Shown: piece after piece, positions 22,272-31,769 of the stretch
How the letters are laid out: the number at the start of each line of letters is the position of its first letter
Numbering within the stretch: position 1 is the first letter of the stretch
From: Naegleria gruberi
Lineage: Eukaryota
Length of the DNA: 64,000 nucleotides
Assembly (NCBI GenBank): GCA_000004985.1
Contig: GG738892.1
Reading direction: 5' to 3' (one strand)
The notes under the pieces: model-generated
Told to the model about the DNA's origin: nothing
Seen by the model: only the letters and a program-made list of their open reading frames with translations
The model's database searches: none
Translations under genes and position numbers: made by a program

Positions 22272-23996
22272 TCATGAAGATTTATCCAACTCTCCCAATC
22301 TTGCACTTTCTTCTACTAATTCTCGTGTGAGTTGAGTCCAATCTGCTTCAAAATGATATTCTTGAATACTTGTTGCTTCTTGAATGGTTAGGAAGAGAAT
22401 TTCTTCATAAGAAATTGAGACATCCAGCTTAAACTCTCTCAAAACAGTTTTATCACTGGTTTCATTCAAATTAGGAATACAAAATTCTCCCAATAATAAA
22501 TTATTCCTCGGTATGTATCTTTCACCCATGTACAATTTGAAATGGAATTGGTTTGTGGATGGGTTGACATTCTTTTGTACAGTGAACGATTTCTTGTAAG
22601 GCAGGTAAGTATTCCTATGGGCCAGAATCATCATTTTCCTATTATGTTCAATTCCAATGCTAAGTGGCAACACAACGTGTGCCCAAAAAGTATTTCTAAC
22701 TCTGAACTGTTCACAAAATACGGTAGCTCCTCTTGCCTTAATGGTTTTTGGAGGAATGTTGTCGTATAAAACGAATTGATTATTTCCTTTGAAGAATTCT
22801 CGGATTGTAGATGAAAATTTTGAGATTTGACAACAAGCACCACATAAAATCAAATCACTGACAGAATGAATTGATTTTGAATTCCTTTCCAATAGAGAGT
22901 TCAGTAGGGATGTAATTTTTGAGACTACTGGTGTTACTAATTGTTCAAATTTTGGTTTGCTGAGGACTAAAGAGAAATCAACTCCATCCATCAAGGAATC
23001 TACCTGAATCAAAACATTGAGTAGATTTCTTTCGCCGTATAATTCTTCTTTGGCAAGTTTACATACCTCATAAAGTCTGGCTCTTGCCTTTGGATTTGTA
23101 AGCTGCTTTTTTGTTTTCTTTTTAAATTCTTGCACACAATAGTTAACCAATAGCTCATCAATAGAATTTCCTGAAATGGTACTATCTGAAGTGTATTCAA
23201 TCAACTCGAAAATACCTTCTTCCAAATTGTATAGTGTTGCTATTGTACATGTAGATCCACAATTCAAAATTAACAAATCTCTGTCCGTCTTGTTATTGAT
23301 GCTATATGCCAATCCAGCAGCTATCACATCTTTAATTGCTCGTTCCACTTTAAATCCTGCCATTTCAAAAGCACTTTTTAAAAACGTTAATTGTAAATCA
23401 TTGTAAAATACTGGAACTGTAATAATATTTCGTTCGAAAAGATCTTTTCCCATATCCTTTCCCAATATTTCCACTCTCAATTTATCAAATAATTTCACCA
23501 TTAGGGTAAATAGTGGAATCTCAATTGAATAATTAGTTTTCGTATCAGTAATCTTAATCTGAATCAACTTGTTTAAATTCTCTACATCGTCTTTCGATTT
23601 GATATGTACATTCTCAGTAAATATTTGACTTATTAATCTCTTCTCTCCCTCAATTTCATCATTTTCCAAAATCTTGATTTCATTCAATTGATCTTGATCC
23701 GATCCCAAACAATCAATTAATCTCTTAATATTTACAATTGTAAAATCAATATATTCCTCATCACTCTCTTCAAAACCAAACAATTCAAATCGTTTAATTT
23801 TACTCTCCATCATACAAACAATAACCGTATCAACATTAGAACCCAATCTAATAACATTCTCTCCCAAACAACCCGAGCAAATATCACTCGAAACCTTGAT
23901 GAAGGAATTTCCGAAATCAATTCCGAACCAGTACCGATCCTCTCGTACAAGATTTGGCAAATAATCAGTTGCTATTATCATTTTTTTCAATTTCAA
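22272..23996 (-). CDS. Divergent Hsp70-family (actin-like ATPase fold) protein with degenerate nucleotide-binding motifs.
   Basis: Single 574-aa ORF. It aligns to Hsp70 landmarks by eye: GIDFGNSFIKVS (compare GIDLGTTNS), AIKDVIAAGLAYS (compare IINEPTAAALAY), LLILNCGSTCTIATL (compare VLIFDLGGGTFDVS), LVNYCVQEFKKKTKKQL (compare LVNHFVQEFKRK), LILCGACCQISKF...FFKG (compare VLVGGSTRIPKV...FF.GK). The phosphate-1 and phosphate-2 glycines are replaced. Confidence 0.6.
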   Translation of the reverse strand: MKLKKMIIATDYLPNLVREDRYWFGIDFGNSFIKVSSDICSGCLGENVIRLGSNVDTVIVCMMESKIKRFELFGFEESDEEYIDFTIVNIKRLIDCLGSDQDQLNEIKILENDEIEGEKRLISQIFTENVHIKSKDDVENLNKLIQIKITDTKTNYSIEIPLFTLMVKLFDKLRVEILGKDMGKDLFERNIITVPVFYNDLQLTFLKSAFEMAGFKVERAIKDVIAAGLAYSINNKTDRDLLILNCGSTCTIATLYNLEEGIFELIEYTSDSTISGNSIDELLVNYCVQEFKKKTKKQLTNPKARARLYEVCKLAKEELYGERNLLNVLIQVDSLMDGVDFSLVLSKPKFEQLVTPVVSKITSLLNSLLERNSKSIHSVSDLILCGACCQISKFSSTIREFFKGNNQFVLYDNIPPKTIKARGATVFCEQFRVRNTFWAHVVLPLSIGIEHNRKMMILAHRNTYLPYKKSFTVQKNVNPSTNQFHFKLYMGERYIPRNNLLLGEFCIPNLNETSDKTVLREFKLDVSISYEEILFLTIQEATSIQEYHFEADWTQLTRELVEESARLGELDKSS

Positions 23997-24406
23997 TTAA
24001 AATTTAGATATTTAAAAATTAATTTAAATAATAATAATTTTAGATGAGATTTTTGAAAACAAAAAAGGAGAATAGACACTTTTTGGACAAATCAAAGATA
24101 ACGATCAATTAGTTCTGCAGAAATATAGATATTCATCAAAGATATTGTTGTACCCACGAACGATATAATGAAGAACAAGAAGAATAACAACACTCAAAGA
24201 TATTATATGGTACAATTTACGGAATATGTATTCAAGTAGTTCATACTACTAAAAATTACTAGACTATAGAGAGAGCGAAGTGAGAGAGTTGTTTGTTGTT
24301 TTGTTGTTGGAGAGAGAGTTTCATATGTGTATTATATAAAATTAGTGAGTCCTCTTCTTCATATGATCAACAATGAATTCATTGGCGGGAAGTATAATAA
24401 AAAAAT

Positions 24407-25181
24407 TTACAAGAGATTGCAACCCTTCTTCTTTCCACTCTTGGTATCCTTTCCGACTGGAGTTGAAGGCTTTGACTTTCTAACTTCACGAACGAGGGCC
24501 ATGAAAGCTTCATCAACGTTCAATCTTTGCTTGGCTGAGGTTTCCAAACTTGGGATGCTCAATTGCTTGGCAAATTGTTTACCTTCATCAGCACTGATGA
24601 CTCTTTCAGATTCCAAATCACACTTGTTACCAACAAGAACCATTGGGACTTTATCAGCATCCTTGACTCTCAAGATTTGTTCATAGAAATCATTGATTTC
24701 TTCAAAGGTCTTTCTGTCAATGACAGAGTAAACCAACAAGAAACCATCACCAGTTCTCATGTATTGATCTCTCAAAGCCTTGTATTCTATATAATAATTT
24801 ATGTATCATCATCATAATAATATTGTTGTTGCCGGTTAATAACAAAAAGTAAATATTTTCAAAAACAAACCTTCTTGACCGGCAGTATCCAAGATTTCCA
24901 AGAAACATGGCTTGTCATCAACTTTAGCGTGCTTTCTATAAGAATCTTCAATAGTTGGATCGTATTCTTCAACGAAGATGTTTTGAATGAATTGGACAGT
25001 CAAGGCACTTTTACCGACACCACCACCACCGACTAGAGAGTTGTATTAAATAATTATTCAAAGAAAGTTAGAAGAAAGCATATACGAAAGGTTGAAAGTT
25101 AACGTTAGAGAAGGTGAATATTTTGTTTTACATACCAACGGCGAGCTTGTATTCTTCCATACCAGAATTGTTTGAAGCCAT
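24407..25181 (-). CDS. Ras-subfamily small GTPase with a C-terminal CAAX box. complement(join(24407..24786,24871..25032,25136..25181)).
   Basis: Exon 1 is [15 protein letters not shown]. Exon 2 is [54 protein letters not shown]. Exon 3 is [22 protein letters not shown]...LVGNKCDL...ETSAK...KKKGCNLL. The introns are GTATGTAAAAC..CTCTAG and GTTTGT..ATATAG in correct phase. All five G-boxes are intact. Confidence 0.85.
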
Positions 25182-25732
25182 TTTGTGAATATTTTTTTTA
25201 ATTTGTGTTGGGTAACAAGTGACAGGCTGAATTACAGTTTTAAATGTCAAGCCATTAATCATAGTTCTCTGTTCACATTAAGATGCTCAACAAAGACAAT
25301 TCTCTCAAACAAAAAGCATCAACATATGGCCATAGAACTCATGGAATCGAGTACTATCTTCCACGAACACGCATGGAAAAGAGTTCTCAATACCTTTGGA
25401 GATTTGATACTGTTGGATATGTTTTACTAATTGGGTTCTTTATGATAAATAGTACGTTATCGCTATGGTATTGAATAGTGATGGTTGTAGATGATGTCTT
25501 TACATCGATGAGGTGGGTAGTAAAAAAGATAGAATATTGGATAATGGCATGTAGATGTTGAAATTGAATATTTTTGCGAATATTGAAGTGATAACTTCAA
25601 CTAGAGTTGAAGAAAAATTTACAGTGTTGAAATTTGTAGAAAATTTAAAAAAATATTTCAGCATGGAAATTTCATTTGGTTGAATGTTTCTGGTCGGAAT
25701 GTTTGGCTTCATCATGATAATGTTTTAATAAA

Positions 25733-27718
25733 TTATTTTGTTACTGAGGATGATTGTTGTAGGTAAACCCTAACTTCTCTCTTGAGTACTTTAGCTAATT
25801 GAGAGCGAGGTAAATCACCATCAAATATGTGAATAGAATTTGGTAAATCTTCCTGTGGGACCTTCTTCTCTGTGAGGAATAACATTAATTCTTCACATAG
25901 GGCCTTCTTCTTTTCCTCATCATTAACAATATCAGCCTTTCTTCCATGACGCAACGATATGGCCATAACAGCCTTCTCTTCACTCACTTGAACGTAGGCT
26001 GTTTCCTTGATGGCTGGATGATCATGAATAATTTCCTCGACAAGTCTTGGGTAGGTAGTATGAGTAGTGGAAGATGTTGTCTTGGTAGTATCATCATTAT
26101 CATCATGATTGTTATTTGTAGAGATTGAAGATGCAGAACTATTAATCCTTCTCTCAATAACATCAGCCCTTCTTCCCAAGACGTACAATCGACCCTCTCT
26201 CAAGTAGCCAACATCTCCAATGTGAAGCCATCCTCCTTTGAGTGTCTTTTCCGTCATTTCCTGATTCTTAATGTATCCCTTGAATTGTGTAGGACTCTTG
26301 ACGAGAATGTTACCTATTGGAGGAGGTTTGCTCTTGTCTGTCCACTCCAAAACCTTATCATCATCATCAGCAATAACAACTTGAACCTGAGGAACAACAA
26401 TACCAACAGAACTCAACACTGAGCGAGGAGCCCATCTGTATTTTCCATTCTCGTCTATAGTATTGCTCTCTAAAAGGTGATTTGTTGTGGAAAGCATGGA
26501 AACTGGTGGAAGAACTTCAGCAGAGCCATATCCTTGTTGAAGAATTGGACCAAAACGAGCAAGGGCCTCTTCTAATTTTCCTACCGGCATTAATTCAGTT
26601 CCATAAATAATATTGGTGAGGGAAGAAAGATCGACCTTGTCAATATTTGGTGAATCCAACAAATCTATCAACAAGCTAGGAGTTGTGAATAGTCTAGTAA
26701 CTTTGTACTTGGGAATCAACTTTAAAAATTCTTCAGCTGTAAATTCAGATGGAATAAGGAGAGCTCCTCCCGATATCAGAGTAGGGATAACCATGCCACT
26801 TCCAGCACCATTAGTAGGAATACCAACAAGAGAAACTTCATTAATTTTCTCAGGATCAATGCTTGGATCTAATTTTGACTTGTCAATTGGAGGAGAGGAA
26901 AAACTCACTGGTCCAAGCTCTACATTTCTAATAGTAAGTGTAAGACTGAGGATGAATAGACCATGATTAGCACTAAGACATTTAGGAACTGAAGTAGTAC
27001 CACTAGTAAAGCCCAAACTGTACCAATCATCAGGATTGATCACATTGGATGAATATTGATAAAAGTCAGATTTTGATTTTTTGGAATTTGTAACAATATT
27101 GTTAAACTCTTCATCAATAACATCAAATGATAACAAACTAATCTGTGGAACTATTTCTTTGAGTAGTTGAGAAGATTCTTCACCAGCACGTCTATCATAT
27201 AGGAAACAATAATTCCTGTCCTCTCTAATTTCAACCTTATCCATCACATGCAAGAGTAATTCCTTGCCTGCATTTCTAGGAATATTCACTAGAATAATTC
27301 CACTCTCAAAGCATGCTAACATGGCCAGGATGTACTCTGAACCTTCTGGCAGCAAGGTAAATAGATAATCACCCTTTCTCAATGATGCTTTATTTGTGAG
27401 AACTGTCAATAAGGTCAACATTCTTTCCTTCAGTTCCGAATAGGTGAGTGGTTTTATCGAAGGAGAAATGAGAGCATACTTATCGTTGGCATATCGTTTG
27501 TATGCAAATCGAAACACATCCCTCGGTATTGAAAACCTACTCATCAGCAACAAGAGGAACTGTTTTCTGAACCATGTTAAAATCGACATTTTTTTGTACT
27601 GGATCTGGATGCAAACGTATTCGACCATTCGCTTAATTGATTGATTGGAAACAAATCTCATGTTCCAGTACATGAGCAAGAATTCGATTTGGTATGCATT
27701 TTCAATACATTTTAACAT
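25733..27718 (-). CDS. AMP-dependent synthetase/ligase (acyl-CoA-synthetase-like adenylate-forming enzyme) with a low-complexity insertion.
   Basis: Single 661-aa ORF. It has the AMP-binding motif GFTSGTTSVPKC (compare TSGTTGxPKG), the motif GYGSAE and the hinge WLHIGDVGYL. An N/D/T-rich insert (SISTNNNHDDNDDTTKTTSSTT) precedes the C-terminal subdomain. The start could be an internal Met (e.g. MSILTWF). Confidence 0.7.
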   Translation of the reverse strand: MLKCIENAYQIEFLLMYWNMRFVSNQSIKRMVEYVCIQIQYKKMSILTWFRKQFLLLLMSRFSIPRDVFRFAYKRYANDKYALISPSIKPLTYSELKERMLTLLTVLTNKASLRKGDYLFTLLPEGSEYILAMLACFESGIILVNIPRNAGKELLLHVMDKVEIREDRNYCFLYDRRAGEESSQLLKEIVPQISLLSFDVIDEEFNNIVTNSKKSKSDFYQYSSNVINPDDWYSLGFTSGTTSVPKCLSANHGLFILSLTLTIRNVELGPVSFSSPPIDKSKLDPSIDPEKINEVSLVGIPTNGAGSGMVIPTLISGGALLIPSEFTAEEFLKLIPKYKVTRLFTTPSLLIDLLDSPNIDKVDLSSLTNIIYGTELMPVGKLEEALARFGPILQQGYGSAEVLPPVSMLSTTNHLLESNTIDENGKYRWAPRSVLSSVGIVVPQVQVVIADDDDKVLEWTDKSKPPPIGNILVKSPTQFKGYIKNQEMTEKTLKGGWLHIGDVGYLREGRLYVLGRRADVIERRINSSASSISTNNNHDDNDDTTKTTSSTTHTTYPRLVEEIIHDHPAIKETAYVQVSEEKAVMAISLRHGRKADIVNDEEKKKALCEELMLFLTEKKVPQEDLPNSIHIFDGDLPRSQLAKVLKREVRVYLQQSSSVTK

Positions 27719-27982
27719 TCTTTGCTGATTTGGAAAGGTTTAGATCATCATCTTAATATTGTAAACACATTGAATTCATCCATTAGAACCTTTTTTATTG
27801 TTTACAATTACTGCCAACCAATGAAAACCCATCCAAACTCTACCTTTTACCTTCCACTGCACATAATATGGAACATTGAATAATAGCGATTCAGGTTCTT
27901 CTTCATTTTCTTTTAAAATCTCCTTCCATTTCCAGAACTTTATCAGTACCAAATCATCACGAATTTAATTTCCAAAAACAAA

Positions 27983-30900
27983 ATGACAACCTCTACTCAA
28001 CCGTTCACACATGGTTCATCATCACCCTCTACATCATCAACAACTGTTTTACCCATAACAGATGTAGGAGGAGGAGGAGTTGATTCATCATCTAGGGTTG
28101 AATTGATGAAGGATGAGCATTATCAAAGAATGGAAAAGAAGGAACATGATGAAGATGGTTATAGAGTGTTCTTTGGTGATAGACAGTTGAATATGAAGCA
28201 GGTTAGGAGGGGATGGTTCGGGATGAAGAGGAAAAGATTTTCCGATAATAGTGTTTCAACTACAAAGGTATGTTCAACTCAGATGAACTATTTAATATTT
28301 ATTAATAATATTTAATATTTAATATTTTTTGTAATCAATAACATGCTGTTGATTGATGGAATGGCAAATTTTGTGTGAAATTAGTACACGTGGTGGAATT
28401 TCATTGTGTTGAATTTATTTCACCAATTGAAACATTTGAGTAATTTGTACTTTCTCCTAGCTCTGATTTTTGCATTCATTCCTGGAGTGAGTCCAACAAC
28501 GCCCATTACACAATTACAAATAATTTTCATTATTTTGGTGAATATGTTGAGAGAGGGAGGTGAAGATATATTGAGATATCTCAATGATAGAAAGGTCAAT
28601 AGAAAGATGACGAATGTTTTGGTGGAGGATAAAGTGGTGCCAATTCACACGAGTAAGGTGAGAGTGGGGGATATTGTGAGAGTGGAATGTGATGAGACTA
28701 TACCTGCTGATATGATTTTGTTGGGATCGTGTCATTGTGAGGAGGAATCAGATGGAAGAGTTTCACTTTCGTCCAATTGCAAAATTGAAACTGCCAATTT
28801 GGATGGTGAGACAAATTTAAAGACAAGATTTGGAATTTTGAATGAAACAGTTCAAATGCCATCAAATCAAACAAAAGAGAATGTAATAATCAATACCTTG
28901 TTACAAATTAAGGGAAGTGTCGATTGTGAACTTCCAAGTGAAAATTTACACAGTTTCAAAGCTAGTGCTCTACTGAAATATTCACAGAATGAATCACAAT
29001 CGAGATTAATTCCCATCAATCAACAACACTTACTTTTGAAAGGAACAATCCTCAAAGCAACTGAATATGTCTATGGATTGGTGATTTATTGTGGAAAGGA
29101 CACCAAAATGATGAGAAACATGCAGAAAGGAAGAGTTAAATTCACCTCTGTGAATTTTACAATGAATATCATGATTGGTATCTTGTTTGTGATCATGTGC
29201 TGTTTGTGTATTGCCTTTGCAGGAGTTTCGTCCTATTTTGAATTCACACTTGCCAAAATTTCAAGCTACACTGGTAAATCTACATTGAATGTCAGCAATG
29301 CTGCCAGTGTTGTGCTCTCCATGATGACATTCTTTATTCTTTTCAATTCGTTGATTCCAATTTCTCTATTTGTGACTTTGGAATTTGTTAGAATGTTTCA
29401 GGCATGGCTTGTGAATATGGATAATGAAATGGCAGTTTACGATGCTGATCCACATGATCCAGTATCGAGAAAGACACTCATTTCTGCATCTTCACTCTCT
29501 TCTGAGCTTTTACCTGATTTGGCAACAGTTGACATTATATTCTCAGATAAGACTGGTACTCTGACAGAAAATTCCATGATTTTCAACAAGATTTGTTTTG
29601 GAACAAACTATGTTCATGATGATAAGGTCAATAATGGTCAACTAAACACTTTGATTCAACAATCTCTTAAAGAAACAACTGATCAAGCTCAAACAAATGA
29701 TTCAAAGAATGAAAATACGTTTGGAGAGGATGAATTATTCCAATCTCTGAATACCATGCTACTTCTCTCACTGTGCCACAATGTAGATGTGAGAGCTTCT
29801 GACGATTCTCAATCTTCCTCAGTGGAATTATTGGAAAATGTCGAAGAAACTCGTCCATACTATGAAGGAGCTAGTGTTGATGAAGTTGCTCTTGTGAATG
29901 GTGCTTTCAATAATGGGTTCAAGTTGAAATTTTACTCTGAAAAGAAAACCATCGTCTCCATATTTGGAATTGATTATACCTTTGAAAGATTGTGTGAAAT
30001 ACCCTTCACACCAGAGAGAAAGAGAATGTCAACCATTTTCAAAATTCCTAAAGAATTTCTTCAAGCTTTCCCAATTTACAGAAGGAAGACAGGACTTGAA
30101 AATGAAGAATCACTTGTCGTCTGTTTCACAAAAGGAGCAGACAGTTTTTTATTCCCATACATTGAGGAAAATCAATCGAATTCAGCACTGAAAGGTAAAC
30201 TTGAACAGCATATTTTGGAGTTTGCCAAAGATGGACTCAGAACACTGTTACTGGCCTACAAGTTTATTCCAAATCAGAATATAGTTGATGAGTTTGTTAT
30301 CAAGTATAATGAATTGAAATCAAAGCAAGAAGTTCAACAAGAGTTGTTAGATACATTGGAAAATGAAATGGAGAGAAATTTACAAATTTCTGGAGCTACT
30401 GGAATTGAAGATTCACTTCAGGAGAAAGTTCCAGAGACTGTCAAATTCTTCCTTGATGCTGGTCTTCAATTGTGGATGCTGACTGGAGATAAGACTGAAA
30501 CGGCGATCAACATTGCAGGAATGTCTAATTTTATTGGAAAGGAAACTAGACTAATCTATCTTAATGGAGAAGAATTTAAATCAGATCAATGCATGGAACA
30601 ATTACAAATCAAACAAAAAGAAATTGGAGAAGAGACGGATGTAGCTCTTGTCATTGATGGATTGGCCCTTTCCTATTGTGTCGAAAACAATGAGAAACAA
30701 GATTTATTCTTTGAAATTGTGAAAAAATGCAAGACTGTCATTTGTTGTAGAGCTACCCCAAAGCAAAAATCACTTCTTGTTGGTATTGCACAAAGGAAAT
30801 TGAAAAAGAAAGGATTAGCTATAGGAGATGGTGCCAATGATGGTAAGTTTATGGTTAGAATTTGAATTTTTACAATTAATAGTTCCAATGATTCAAAAGG

Positions 30901-31769
30901 CAAAGATTGGTGTAGGGATTATTGGAAAGGAAGGATCTCAAGCAAAGCTCAATTCTGATTTTGCCATTCCAAGATTCCACATGTTGAGAAAATTATTGGC
31001 TGTTCATGGAAGATACTCATTTAAGAGATGTGCCAAACACATCTTTTATAGTTTCTACAAGAATATCAGCGTCACTTGTTTGCAGATCTATTTCACCTTC
31101 TATACCATGTATTCAGGTCAGACACTTGTGGATGCCAATAACCTTTCGTGGTGGAATTTATTCTTTACCATTCTCAATACGTTCATTTATGGTTGGTTCG
31201 ATAAGGATATTCGTGAATCAAAATTATTGGATGAAAAACTTGGACCTAAACTGTATGCCAGTTTAAAGAAGGAGAATATCTTTAATCTCTACATGTTTAC
31301 AAGATGGATTGGATCTGGTATTGTTCACTCATTGATAATTTTCATGGTGGTGATTTATGGAACTGAGGGTTCCATTTTCGGCAATGGACAAGATTCAGAT
31401 AGTTTGTGGCTTAAATCTGTGTTGGCAACTTCATGCATGATTTGTGTTGTGAATTTTAAGTGTTATTTGGAGATGGAAGACTTTACAATTATTAATCATG
31501 TATGCATGTTCCTTTCGTTTGTGATTTTCTATGGATACAATATTTTGCTAACAGCTTATCCAAAAACTATTGGAGTAGTAATGACTGACACTTATTTATT
31601 TGGAGCTTGGGATGGTGGAATACGATCTGCTATCTTCTGGTTTGTCCACATCTTTGGTATTGTTGTTCCATTGAGTTTGGATCTTGCTGGTCATGGTTTT
31701 AAAGTGCTTTTTTGGCCTGATGAATATCAGAAAGTGAAATTGATGAAACTTCCAGAACCAAAAGTGTAA
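27983..31769 (+). CDS. P4-type ATPase (phospholipid flippase). join(27983..28267,28385..30842,30883..31769), ~1209 aa.
   Basis: The junction of exons 1 and 2 restores the P4 N-terminal motif SDNSVSTTKYTWWNFIVLNLFHQLKHLSNLYFLL (compare N.I.TTKYT...FLPKNLFEQF.R.AN.YFL). Exon 2 has DKTGTLT (phosphorylation site) and TGDKTETAINIA. The junction of exons 2 and 3 restores GDGANDVPMIQKAKIGVGIIGKEG. The introns are GTATGT (28268) to ATTAG (28384) and GTAAGT (30843) to AATAG (30882). The C-terminal TM bundle is in exon 3. Confidence 0.85.

Noticed and set aside
24327-24817. Plus-strand ORFs of 119 aa and 84 aa overlapping the Ras gene.
   Set aside because: They are antisense shadows of a canonical Ras coding sequence.
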